Origin: Eledone cirrhosa
Taxonomy: Eukaryota
Length of the DNA stretch: 64,000 nt
NCBI GenBank assembly: GCA_964016885.1
Contig: OZ024745.1
Location: 114,762,001-114,826,000, forward strand
Direction of reading: 5' to 3'
Made by a program: the position numbers and the translations under genes. Positions 13,240 to 25,740 of the stretch are shown piece after piece. Below the pieces are notes generated by a model. That model had not been told where the DNA came from and did not search any database. It worked only from the letters and a program-made list of their open reading frames with translations. How positions within the stretch are numbered: position 1 is the first letter of the stretch; each line of letters starts with the position of its first letter.

Positions 13240-13357
13240 CTCAACAAAATTGCCTGAATAAAGTTCTTCTAAAGAGACCTCTAAATCCATGACAACATCT
13301 CCTCCACGGGCTACATCAGGTGTAGGATCTTTCCCAAAATGAAAATTTCCAAAAAAA
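13240..13357 (-). CDS. DNAJB11: DNAJB11 exon 4
   Basis: [41 protein letters not shown] region into C-terminal domain I; AG/GT bounded. Confidence 0.95.
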
Positions 13358-15056
13358 CTGTAATGAAAATTATAGAAATAAAAGCAATGAGATAGAAAAA
13401 AAAATCTATGAGATTACAACATGATCATCATCATAAACAACATTTTCTGTCAGAGTTATATAAGTTGTTATGGTCTGAGATTAGACTGCCTAGGAACCAC
13501 ATCTTCACTCTTATGTTTCATATTTAATATGGTTTCTATGGCTGGATGCCATTCCTGAGTGTGATGTATTTTATCATGGCCCCATACTACCACTTTACAG
13601 AGTGAGTTATGTGTATTTTATCATGGCACCAGCACTTCCATTTTACAGAGTGGGCTGCGTATATTTTATCTTGGCACCAGCACTTCCAATTCACTGAGTG
13701 TATCATATATAATAATAAAGTTAATAATTATTTCATTATTAAGATGGAATTTGCAGCATAACAAAGAGTTCTTATATCAAATTATGCTGGAAGATTTAAA
13801 TAGGAACCCTTTTAAATTGGGTAGTTTTGTTCCATAGAACCAGAGGTAGATTTGTTGGTGGTGGCAGGGGTGGGGGGGGGGGGGATCATAAGGGCTAAAG
13901 CAGAGGTAAAAATGAATTGAATCTAAATATTGTTAGTTTGTTGGTATAAGCTAGTCGAGCATGCATCTAGAATTCGTATGTTTCACTGTGGTTGACATAA
14001 CAGGCTAGCATAGTCAGAACATCTAATCTGATTGGTTAGTCATGTGTCTTCATGATTTCCCATATAAATGGTACCCAACAACTATCAACCCTTTTGGGAT
14101 CGTTTCTTTAATGAAATACACTATTTCAAATAATTTATGAAACATTTTGAGGGATTTACTAAAATTATTAATTATTTCATTACTGAGATAGTAGCTTATT
14201 ATATAATTCTTATATAACCATCTAACCCATGCTAGCATGGAAGATAGACGTTAAACGAAGATGATGATGATGATAAAATTAAGTTGTCAGATTTTAGTTT
14301 AAATAGGAACCCTTTAAAACGGGTATTTTTCTTTCATAGAACCAGAGGTAGTTTGAGGAGAGTTAGTATCGAAAGGGTTAAGGTAACAAGACACCAATAT
14401 ATTTTTTCTTGGTGGCATGACAAAAGAGCACCCAGTCCATCATGTAAGGTGTTCATACTGGTGACACGACAAATCAGCACTTGGTCCACACAATAAAGTG
14501 GTCGTTTTGGTGCCACTATAAAAAGCATCAAGCCATAAAAACCAGGCCAGAAACAGTTCTGTATGAGCAAGATGATCACCTGATTTGATTTGACCATGCA
14601 TGAACACAGTCAAACAACTAAACCCAATAAAAGAATAAATACCAAATGAATTTGTATTTTGCTAATAATTCTTTTAATGGAATCAAAGGAAGTTAAAACC
14701 ATTTCTCTACTAACAGAGGAAATTTGACAATTTAGGATTGAGGTATCTATATATATATATAAATAAGACCATTACTGCTCCTATCTGTCCACAAAATACT
14801 GAACACCCAAAACCTGCACTCATGACTCTCACTAAATGTACATTGTTATCAGGAACAATTACACATTGAACAAATATTGGTTGTGTTTACAGGAATGGAA
14901 CCAGAATAGGTTCAAGGAGAGGAGGGAATGAAATGTTATAATGTTTACCACAACTTTCCCATGAGCATTAGTAGTACAAATGAAATATAATGACTATATC
15001 TAGGAACTAAAATTAAAATTGCAAACTTGGATTTGTAGGAGCTTAGTTCAACATCT

Positions 15057-15270
15057 TATCCCTTTAGCATTTACATTACTCTATATTTACTATTATATTT
15101 CCATGGTAAAGGCTTTACCTCACATAATTATCTCACATAATATTGAATCTATGAGATTTTGATATTTATTTTGTGAACAATACCTTAACATCAGTATGAG
15201 CAGCCGGTTTGAACAGAAGGAGGTGAGAGAATATTGGCCTGATATGGCTGGTTTAAATGATAAAGGGTTA
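15057..15270. mobile_element. TTAA-type MITE
   Basis: CCCTTTAGCATTTA...TAAATGATAAAGGGTTAA inverted ends; second copy at 58326-58556. Confidence 0.75.
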
Positions 15271-15340
15271 AAACTATTTTTAGACAATGAATTTCAAGAT
15301 GTAATTTTCACATCTAAACATATACATAAGAGAAAACTAC

Positions 15341-15432
15341 CTTGAGAAAGGGTCACCACTCATATCTCCTTGTTTTAAACCTTCCTCACCACGGCGATCA
15401 TAAATTTTTCTCTTCTCAGGATCTGAGAGTAT
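15341..15432 (-). CDS. DNAJB11: DNAJB11 exon 3
   Basis: ILSDPEKRKIYDRRGEEGLKQGDMSGDPFS, end of J domain; AG/GT bounded, frame consistent. Confidence 0.95.
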
Positions 15433-16092
15433 CTGTAAACAAAAGAGAAAGGTCAAGTTTCATTTTAAAAATTAAATTTTCTGGAAAAAAAAAATGAAAA
15501 GCCTTTACAAAAAGTATCAAATAATCAACAAGTATTATCTTTTAAGAAATAAATATAGTTATCATTGTGAGTATGTATTTGCACTCATGTGTATATTCAT
15601 TACAACAGTTTATTGTTAGAACTTGACACTCATGGAGCAGATGTAGGATTTGTAAGGCATAGTGAAGGTAATCCATCTAGGAGAGCAGTCATTCTGAATA
15701 AAAACTGATAGAGGCTATCTGCTTGCTGGGCAAGTTGTGCTTCTGAAGGAGTGCAGCCTATTTTTGCTTCCTCCAGACACTGCAGTCTGCAGTCAGGTCA
15801 TGCTATGTGGAGATGTTGAAGCTAAAGGCATTCAGATCCTCTTTAATGTAGTCCTCATAGCACTTCTGCAGGTGGCCTCTACTTCTCTTGCCACTTGCTA
15901 ACAGAAGTTATTTTGGAATGTGACTCCATTTGGCATAAAACATGGCCAAGCCATCTGAGACAGTTTCTGGATCATTGTTTCAACAATAGTCCTTGCACAG
16001 CATAGAACCTCTGTATTTACTGTACTTAGATTAAGATATAGCTTTTAGCTTAAACAAAGCTTCATTAATATATGTTATATATATATATATAC

Positions 16093-16249
16093 CTCATATG
16101 CAGCACCCAAATCTTGAAATTGGTCTGCAGCTTTGGGATTATCTGGATTCTTATCAGGGTGCATCTCTTTAGCCTTCTTTCGATAAGCTTTTTTTATTTC
16201 CATTAGTGATGCCGATTTTGTAACACCAAGTATTTTATAGAAATCCCTC
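16093..16249 (-). CDS. DNAJB11: DNAJB11 exon 2 (J domain)
   Basis: [52 protein letters not shown] with HPD motif; CAG acceptor, GT donor; 157 nt. Confidence 0.97.
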
Positions 16250-16487
16250 CTGAAAATCATATAAAAAAGAAATTAATTAAGAATTAAATAATTAAGAATA
16301 ACTTAATAAACAAATACAAGATACAAAGTATCAAACTAAAACAAAATAATTAGAAAATAGATTTGTACAATTTATTTGATAAAAGTATTTCTAAAGAAAG
16401 ATACAAGTAATAAATGTTAAAATGGGACGAGAACCATGTATCTTTTGCTAAACAACTGTATTATGTTGAAGACTTTTAAGGCAATGT

Positions 16488-16536
16488 AGAGATTCCTGAT
16501 GAGTGTTTAATGAAAGCAGAAACTAGTAGTTTCAAT
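16488..16536 (+). ncRNA. Minimal hammerhead-like motif
   Basis: CTGATGA-G-TGTTT-AATG-AAAGCA-GAAAC-TA-GTA; core intact, stem I degenerate. Confidence 0.6.
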
Positions 16537-17094
16537 AACCATTTAAAGCAGTGAAAGCTTTATGATTTATTTACATGGTCTCTATTTACAATCAGACTAA
16601 ATGTATGTTTATTAAACATGTTGTATATGACTTCCATATACATAGTTACTTATAACCTCACTGTATAGGAACTAAGCATTAATTTCAACCTATTTTAATG
16701 TTATTTTACCAGCTAGAGAGTAAGCAATACAATTAGAAAGTCCTTGAGCAAGACACTTTATTTCATGTTGCTCCTTCTACCTGGAGTTGCAACCAACAGA
16801 TAGTGTTTGCAATTGGAAAGACCAATGGAAAGATTGTTTCCTCGGTCTGATTTGACGGAAGTCGATCAACTGTCCATGTATATATATACATATCATCACT
16901 GTTTCTTTTTCCACGCTTGCATGGGTTAGACAGGTCGTCTATGTTATAAGACAAGTCTGGTTAGTTGGCTGTGCCATACTTTGTTCAAACAGAACTGGAT
17001 TTTGGCTGTTTTTTTTACAGCTGGATGCCCTTCCAAACACCAACCACATATGTGTGTGTGTATATATATGTATATATATATATATATACATGCA

Positions 17095-17645
17095 TGCAAA
17101 AAGTAAACAGAATCAACAAAGCAAACAACACAGTACAATGAAAACATATATTAGTTTAACATTTGATATAGTAGGAAAAGAGTCTTTACATTTTGGACAC
17201 TAGTCCTTCATCAGAATAAGAAATAAAAGATGAAATAGAAAGATAGAGAGCGAAAAAGGAAGGAAAACATTATTTGGGAAAGGTTTGTGTGTATTCAGTC
17301 AGTCATATATATACATATACATATATATATATATATACACACATATATAGATATACATTTATATATATATATATATAAGACCCATCCCACCCTTGCAAGC
17401 AGGGAAAAGCGGACGTAAAATGATGATGATGATGATATATATGTGTGTGTGTAAAAGTAATAACAAAAATAACAAAACAAACGGCACAGTACATGGAAGA
17501 GATATATTAGTTTAATGCTTGAAATAGTAGGAAGAGAGTGTTAACGTTTCAGACACTAGTCCTTTATCAGATGATAGAGTTAGAAATAGAAGACAGGGAA
17601 AATGAGAAAAAAATAAATAAATAAAACACGTGTATTCAGTCAGCC
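17095..17645 (-). repeat. Two diverged ~200-bp direct copies, each with a minimal hammerhead-like core
   Basis: Copies at about 17095-17300 and 17452-17645; minus strand reads CTGATGA-A-GGAC-TAGT-GTCC-AAAAT-GTA and CTGATAA-A-GGAC-TAGT-GTCT-GAAAC-GTT. Confidence 0.7.
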
Positions 17646-17660
17646 ATCTGGATACACACA

Positions 17661-17697
<37 letters not shown>

Positions 17698-18756
17698 GCT
17701 TCAAAATGACTAGTAATACATCAAAAAGATATGAATTTCCATCATGTAATCCTACACTTGTTCACACTGATAATCAGCCCATACAAAGAAAATAAAAATA
17801 AAAAAACTGCAAAATATGTACAATACATCCATCCATAAACTCTTATCTCATCCTAAAAACATTATATATGTTGGTGTACTGTAAGAAGTGAGTTCTTATG
17901 TTTTGAGCAGCGCCCTTCATTAATCTAATTCTGTTCCTTACTGATACAGAAATCTTTCTTACATCACTATTATATAATATTTGATGTATTTGAAAATATA
18001 AATAACTCCTGACAGCTAATTCAATGAAATTAGCTAAGTTGATACATCCAATATAGTACAAGTAAAATAATAAATATCAGTATCTTTATAAAGATAGTCC
18101 TTCAAATGAAATAGTAATTTTATTTCTAAATCACCTAATAAAAATAATATCTAAATCATCCTCAAATCATACACTATTAGCTTATGTACATGTGTATATA
18201 TATATATATATATATAATCATCATCATCACCGTTTTACATCAATTTTTCCATGCTAGCATGGGTTAGATGGGTTGTCCTGTTGGGAATGCTAGGTCAGGT
18301 GACTATGTCTTGCTCATACAGAACTGATTTTGGCTTGGTTTCTACAGCTAGATACCTTTCCTAACACCAACCCAATTTACAGTGAGTACTAGGTGCTTTT
18401 TGTCATGTCACCAACATGACCAGTTTACAGTGTGGACTAGGTGCTTTTTCTCATGACACCTATACGACCATTTTACAGTGTGGGTTGGGTGCTTTTTGCC
18501 GTGTCACCATCATAACCACTGAACAGTGTGGGCTGGTGGCTTCACCGGATGTATACTTCGTACTGCTCTCGTGGGAGATGTAAGGGAGGGTGGGGTGGTG
18601 CATACTATATATATGCTTCAGTATAGAAATATTGAAATGTCGGAATTTTACCATATTTAAGCAAGTTTTTTTACTTGCTATCTGATTTGGAAATAATCGG
18701 ACTTTTACCTTTAACTTGGTATCTGATTTTTCTTTGGCAATGCATCTATGTATATA

Positions 18757-18795
<39 letters not shown>

Positions 18796-18916
18796 TAAGA
18801 ATCGATCTTCTAACAATTTTACTCTCAGAACTTCTTATGTCATTGCACCTATATAATTGTACAAACATGCATGATGTAGATACATTTGTCTAGACAATTT
18901 CTTACCCTTGAATAAT

Positions 18917-18973
<57 letters not shown>

Positions 18974-19501
18974 CAATTTGATAAATAGCTATGATTAATT
19001 GATTATTTTAATTCTTTCGGTCATTGAGCAAAACTGGTCATGGCAGACACCATACACACATATACTTATGTATCTGTGTGTGTATCTCATTACTATTTTT
19101 TCCCAAACTCCCCTACGGTAGAGTTAAACAGGCAGGTGTTGACTGCTTTTTCTAGCAAATATGGTACTAGCTAAACGTCCAGCCTTTGCCTCCCTTCTGT
19201 GTCCACTGTATCACATGATAATTTTCCCCTTCCCTCGAGAACTATTGATTTGTAACGGTCGGGTCAAGAAACAGTCCACTAACTTGTGGGGTCTCTTGAT
19301 AAGCCTATAGCCTCACAGCGATGGTGCACGATTGCTGCAAAACAGTAGGCGAAACTGCAGTCGGGACTTTGAAGAAAAAATAGGTATATTTTTGTCTATT
19401 ATTTCCTCACATAATTTGATATATATATATATATATAATGAATTTCCAACCGATAAGGTATGCATTTTATGGGTATGTCTCTATTTATAAATCAAACTTT
19501 G

Positions 19502-19567
19502 TATTTTAGCTGATGAAAGCGTACCAATGTTGTCATGGTTGCCCTTGAAATATATTTAATAAAATAA
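19502..19567 (+). ncRNA. Degenerate hammerhead-like motif in a (TA)n-flanked insert
   Basis: CTGATGA at 19510, imperfect stem II (ACCA...TGGT), GAAATATATT. Confidence 0.4.
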
Positions 19568-19794
19568 ATATGGTTTTATAAATATAGTTTCCATTTATTT
19601 AATATCATTGAATATTTACTCCAGTATCCTGTTGAGTGCTCTAAATCAGTTATAAACATTTATATTTGTCGGACTTCCAACAAATTAAATACCACTTCTA
19701 CTTAAATATATATATATATAGAGAGAGAGGGGGGGGGGACCCATCCAACCCTATATATGTACGCATGAGTCAATGAGAGATCTCTATATTGCAG

Positions 19795-20420
19795 CTAGGC
19801 CTACCAGAATTAGCAGCCAAATTTCACTCAAATCACACCCAACTATATTGTGTGTGCCAACGACGTAGACCTCAACAGAGTAGATAGACTTGTTAGAAAT
19901 AGCCGCTACATTTTCCTCAAATCACATTCCTGTCTTTTGAATGTAAATATTTATGTATGAACCACCAGGAAGGGGAGCTCAATATATTTGGAGCTGGAGA
20001 AACACTTCTACATTAAAGCTATGCCTGATAGAAATAACAGTCACATTTCATTCAACACCCATTCCTATTCATACACACTTTCTTATATATGTATGTATGA
20101 GCCACCAAAGGAATTTGTGATAATTTGATCTGATACAAATAGCAGCTAAATCCCCACCCCTACTCTCTCATGTATAAACCACTGAGAAAGACATTCACAT
20201 TGAAGCTAGACCTGTTAAAATAGTAGTCGAATCATGTCCTATTAGTTTATGTATAAATGTATATACACATGAGAGACTCCTAGCAGCTAGATAAAATAGC
20301 AATAGCAGACAAAATTCCCTCAAATCACACCCTACTGTCTTGTGCATGTATGAGCGAGACCTTTACTTTGTAGTTAGAATTATCAACGAAATCTTCCTCA
20401 AACACACCCATCTGTGTTAT
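19795..20420 (+). repeat. Degenerate interspaced tandem array, about 7 units
   Basis: Core resembling AGAAATAGCAGCCAAATTTCCCTCAAATCACACCCTACTGTC recurs every ~75-135 bp. Confidence 0.75.
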
Positions 20421-21207
20421 TTTACTTTAATACAACCACACAGGTGCATTTCTAGGTGATTCTGCTCAGTACAAAATAAAACACATTGTGTTTGTTGACG
20501 TATTTACAGATGCGTAAACGATGAAGCCGGCGTAACATGTGGCTCAACCAATGATAATGCAACACGCCAACATTCATGAAGTAGCTGTCTGCTATTGTCA
20601 ACTCCTGACATCTTTATACTATCTCTACATTATTTCATCCGGTTTTTGCTTTTAACTCCCTTTACTTTCAATGGTTATTTTACAATGAATAAATACATTT
20701 AAACATAGAGACCTTATAAGTCGCTTTTGGTTCGTCTTTTAGAAACGAATGATACAACAATCAACGAAGTTGTTTGATATTTGTAACAATAGTTTAATAT
20801 CGATTTTCGAAATGTCTTTCTAAGAGAAAGTAAAATAGTTAAGATTTTAGTTTTAAAATTTTAAACAAAAGACAAACGAATTATAGAATTTTAACAGCGA
20901 ACAATGGTATATTAGAGGCTTTGATTGTTAGGCTCAAGTGTGAATTCGTAACGAGGTGTGCTTAACAGATTTCACAGGCTTTTATAACAGGTACTCGTTT
21001 GAAGACAAAGTAAATCAGCACAGTATATGAATAGACAAAAGTAATGAACCCAACTAGGAGCAATGAAGCATCTACGGCAATTCTTTAAACACATTCCTCA
21101 ATAAAAAAAGTATTTCGTATTTAGAATAATAGAAAACACCCCAATTGAAAAAGTAAATTAACAATATATCTATGAGACAATTAAAGCTAAAAAAATTGAA
21201 GCCTTAC

Positions 21208-21278
21208 CCGGCCATAACATGTAGAAACATGAGTAAGATGTTGAGACATAATACCAGCATGTTGGTATACGACGCCAT
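21208..21278 (-). CDS. DNAJB11: DNAJB11/ERdj3 coding exon 1 (signal peptide)
   Basis: ATG at 21278 gives MASYTNMLVLCLNILLMFLHVMAG, a hydrophobic signal peptide; GTAAG donor follows; phase 2 joins exon 2 as G-RDFYKILG. Confidence 0.9.
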
Positions 21279-21720
21279 CGTCAGCACGAATGTTGTTTGG
21301 TCTGCACTAAATAATTAAAAATCAAACTTAAGAAAATCAATAAATATATTCAAAACCTCAAATAAAAATCATAAAATAATGTTTCTGAATAGTTTATAAC
21401 ATTTTTAGACATTAGAATTAAATTAGTAAGAGAATTGTGTTGAAACTAATCCCCCCCCCCCCCTCCCCGTATATAAATATGTATTCAGCATAGTGAAAAC
21501 AACGGAGCCGGCTTTTCGGAGAAACAGCTGCATTTTTGAATTATGACAACTGAAATATTTGTTTGACAACTTAGAGTTGATATTGAGCGATGATATTGAG
21601 CAATGGTATTGAGGTCGGAAGTAAAAATAAGGAATCACTTTCAAGATTTTGAATAAGATTTTTGAGACCATCACCAACATAATCAAAAACAACATTTTGT
21701 TGTTACGTTAGTTTTAATAT
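21279..21720 (-). promoter_or_regulatory. Probable 5' UTR/promoter of DNAJB11
   Basis: Non-repetitive, relatively CpG-containing sequence directly upstream of the ATG; ETS-like CGGAAGT near 21616. Confidence 0.45.
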
Positions 21721-21767
21721 GTAAGATAGTTTTTTTAATAGAATACATGCAAATAATCACAATTTAT

Positions 21768-21858
21768 TTCCTTACTATTAGCGGTGTCAAGAATGAAAGT
21801 AAATTTATTTTCATTTCGATAGTTTATTTACATTTTTGACACCGCTAATAGTAAGGAA
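21768..21858. repeat. Short foldback/MITE
   Basis: TTCCTTACTATTAGCGGTGTCAA...TTGACACCGCTAATAGTAAGGAA perfect 23-bp inverted repeat. Confidence 0.85.
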
Positions 21859-21882
21859 CGCCTATATATATATACACATATA

Positions 21883-21937
<55 letters not shown>

Positions 21938-22049
21938 AGGAGTTGACGGACCCAGCATATTTATCAATGCCAGGACCGGTTGTATCTCAGCGTACTCAAT
22001 GGGCAATGTAAGATACATTCCCAGAGTATACACATAGTTATTCCCTTTA

Positions 22050-22385
22050 ATACAACACACGCTGCACCGAGAGGTTTTGAAGTTTCACTCTAATAATTTT
22101 TTAGGCAAGCCAACACATTCACAGCATTCCCGGGCACCAGCTGATACATCGGCAAAGCAAACTGCCAACATTGACACAAACCTCGTTTTCAGTGGCTCAA
22201 CTCCTCCAAACGTTTCGGACGCTACAAGCTGAAAAAAATAGTTTTCCAATAATTCCTGCTATTTTAGGATTTTATTCCATTCGGTTATGGATGCGGTGAC
22301 CTTCATTTTCGCCGCAGCATCTAGGATGTGGAAAGCAACAAAAGATCACTAAATGTAGCGTCCCAAATGAAATATCCATCTCTTA
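22050..22385 (-). mobile_element. Decayed CRE-like retrotransposon fragment
   Basis: Reverse complement aligns by eye with 23760-24060 (TGGGACG...TTCCACATCCTAGATGCTGCGG; GAAACGTTTGG...GCCACTGA). Confidence 0.7.
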
Positions 22386-23089
22386 CCACTGTGGTCGCGT
22401 AGATGACACGACAAAAAACACCCAGCCCACATTGTAAAGTGGTCATGTAGGCGACACGACAAAAAGCGCCCAGCTCACACTGTAACGTGGTTGTGATGGC
22501 GACATGCCAAAAAGAGCCCAGTCCACACTGTTAAGTAGGCAACACGATAAAAAAACACCCAGTCTATACTGTAAAGTGGTCGTGTAGGTGTCACGGCAAA
22601 AAGCACTCGGTCCAAACTGTAAATTAGTTGTATAGGTGTCACGACAAAAAACAGCCAGTACTCACTGTAAATGAGGTTTGCGTTAAGAAGGGCATCCAGC
22701 AGTAGAAACGTAGACAAGATCAGTTCTGTATGAGAAAGACACCTGACGTGGCATTGCCCACAACAGGACAACTTATCTAACCCATGCTAGCGTGAAAAAA
22801 TGGACGTTAAACGATGATGATGATGACTTCTGTTTGAAAAATCGCCAAATTCTAGATTAACTCATTTTCAGACATTTCAACATAGCTTTATGGTCCAATA
22901 AATAGTTTTAAAATGGTTGGTGAAAAGAATTATTTTTCTATGTAGGAATGTATGCGTTGTCTGTGAAGGAACCTTTAAAATTGGATACAGATTAGTTACA
23001 ATACATTTTTTTTTTTGTTTTTCATCGTTTTAGAGACAGCATAACTTTTTCTGCAACTTTCCATACACACATGCGAAAGAGTCAATACT

Positions 23090-24195
23090 TTTTCCAGAGT
23101 CCCGCGATCAGGCTGCGTTGCCCAAGCGATTTGGGGTCTAGGTCTTCGTAACTGCTCGTCCCTCTCTCTCCCTTGCTTTCTTTCCTCCACCCACGCTTGT
23201 TCCACCCTGGTGAGCAGCATCCTCTCCTCTCCAACATGGACTAGTTCCAACAGGGAGTTGGGTGAAGCTCTCCAGCAATGGTGTGAGTTGGGATGTCTCT
23301 TCCTGAGAAGGTGGAGGACAGTCGAAGTCAGAGAACTTGGGACAGCATAAGTTCGAAGGCCCCCTTCGACTCCCTCTTCATCCAGTCGGATCAGTTTACA
23401 AGGTACCGCTTACCATCTGCCAACGCCAAATACTCAGGTGACTGGGTTGATGCCCTACCCGTGGCCAACGGTGGTGGCCTGGACGAATTTCGTGTCTCCA
23501 TCGCCCTCAGAGTGGGAGCGACGTCTGCATGGGTTTGAGGTGCCGATGCGGCAAACTCCTCGACTCTACAGGCCTCCACGGTCTTTCTTGTCGCCTGAAT
23601 GCCGGCCGCTTCGCGCATCACAAGGAGCTAAACCTCATTCTCAAGAGAGCTTTGGCCCAGGAGAACATCCCTCAATCTTGGAACCATCTGGGTTGTCCAG
23701 AAGTGACGGCAAAAGACCTGACGGCCTTACCCTGTGCCCCTGGTCGAGAGGCAGGTGCCTTGTCTGGGACGTCACTGTTAGTGACTCTTTTGCTTCTTCC
23801 CACATCCTGGATGCTGCGGTTAGGGCGAGAGCCACAGCTTCCGCAGCCGAGCGGAGTAAGACCCTCAAATACTGTGATCTGTCGGCCAACTACATTTTCC
23901 AGTCTGTAGCTTTCGAGACGTTTGGGTTAGTCGGGCCACTGACTGCGAGTTTCCTCCCTTGACTGGCGGCTCGCCTAATAGAGGTAACTGGCGAATCTCG
24001 CGAGGGCGCTTGGTTGTTCCAGCGCACCAGCCTCGCCATCACCCGAGGCAACGCTGCGATTGTGCTGGCTTGTCTCAAAAATCATTAGAGAGGTTGTCCG
24101 GTACTCCTCGCGATGCTGCTGTCTTTTGCTCTGGTCTTGGCTCGGTTGTTCACCCCTTCCTTTACATTTTCTTTAATATTGTAACATTAAAGGAA
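23090..24195 (+). mobile_element. CRE-clade non-LTR retrotransposon 3' part (CCHC knuckle plus restriction-like endonuclease)
   Basis: CRCGKLLDSTGLHGLSC, RSDGKRPDGLTLCPWSRGRCLVWDVT, AERSKTLKY, VAFETFG; frameshifted; GC-rich relative to host. Confidence 0.85.
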
Positions 24196-24664
24196 TATAT
24201 CTTTCTGAAAGAATCGCAAGCTACAATTTCTAGCTAACAAGTCGATCATTGCCCAGCAACTCCTTAAAGTAATCTATTTAATCTGCTTTTATCAGATATT
24301 TATCTTCCTTTTCTTTCAATATTTGCATCAATATTTATACAACTTTGAATTGAGTTATTGTCTGCAATTTTCATTATTACGTTGGAAATTGGGGATATAA
24401 TAATAGTAATCAAAAGCCCAACTTTTGCAAGAAGATATTTTTGAAACACTTGCGGCAACAATACGGAAATCTTTTACAAATATAATGTCGTTGATGAACA
24501 CAAATATAAACGCATAAAAAAGGGATTTAAAAAAAAGCATTTAAAAAGGGGGGGGGGGTAATTCACCACCAAGTGCGACAATCAGCCGCACATCACATCA
24601 CAAGGGTTAACTTTGCTTATCCATATTACTTTCACATTGAAACTTCCTGGCAACAGAGCCATGC

Positions 24665-24699
<35 letters not shown>

Positions 24700-25019
24700 A
24701 AACAGAGATACAGTTTTTCATCCATAGATTCATTGCAGTATTTTGTGTAATTTCGTTGGGGGTGAATTTGCCAATATTTAGACAAAAACATAGATAACTA
24801 AGGGCAATAACTATTGTTTACAAAAAACGTAAAGGGGAAGGGAGATAACTTTACAATACTTTTTAATGGAGATGAGTGGACAACTTTTGTTTGAAAAAAT
24901 ACTGATATACAACCGGTTGCCTTACGAATTCAATAAGTAATATTCGTTTTTTTTTTACTACAAATTGTAAGAAATCTATGCCCGTGGATCATGTACACAC
25001 ATATAATATATATTATGAA

Positions 25020-25740
25020 AATAATTTCTGATTTAGGTACAAGGCCAGCAGTTTTAAGGGAAAGGGAAAGTCGATTAAATCGATCCAGTGCATTACTGGT
25101 ACTTTATTTTATCAACCCTGTAAGGATGAAAGGGAAAGCTAACCTTGGCAGGATTTCAAATCAGGACAAAAGGGCTGTAACTATATGCCGCAAAGCATGT
25201 TGTCCGACGCTTTACCGATACTGCCAATCCATAATAATAATTGTTTCTACTTTTGGCACAAGGCCAGCAATTACCCCAGTCCATTACTGGGGCTTTATAT
25301 TATCAACCCCGTAAGGATGAAAGGCAAAGTCGACATCAGTAGAGTAGGAATGAAGTGTCAAAGTATCATCATTAAGTTTATTCGGATGTGACGCACGTTT
25401 TGCGACTGATCAGCTCAAGGTACGATCTGGATCGATTGGGTCTGACTCTGAAATTAATAGCTCATCAGAATTGTGGTTTCCTTAATGTCAGGAGATATCC
25501 ACGTACAGCTTTAAATTATAATTTCTCATTCACTTGAGGTGTTCTTACTCAGGTGGATTGGCAGTATCGGTAGAGGGTCAGACGCCATGCTTTGATGCAT
25601 AGAGTTACGGCCCTTGCATTCTGAGTTCAAATCCCGCCGAGGTTAATTTTGCCTTTCATCCTTACGGGGTCGATAAAATAAAGTACCAGTAATGCACTGG
25701 GTAATTGCTGGCCTTGTGCCTAAAGTAGAAACAATTATTA
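25020..25740. mobile_element. Cluster of tRNA-derived SINEs (GCCTTTCATCCTTACGGGGTCGATAAAATAAAGTACCAG family)
   Basis: B-box-like GAGTTCAAATCC plus conserved central domain; copies in both orientations. Confidence 0.85.

Noticed and set aside
19795-20420. Repeat-spacer pattern read as CRISPR
   Set aside because: Repeats are highly diverged, spacing is irregular and linkers are partly homologous
21423-21695. 90-aa ORF upstream of DNAJB11
   Set aside because: No recognisable domain or splice support; overlaps the presumed promoter
22390-22680. CRISPR-like array of ~48-bp AAAAAGCACCCAG units (also near 11000, 13560, 18380, 37650)
   Set aside because: Units are degenerate tandem copies without unique spacers, lie inside SINE/RTE 3' UTRs, and there are no cas genes in this eukaryotic context
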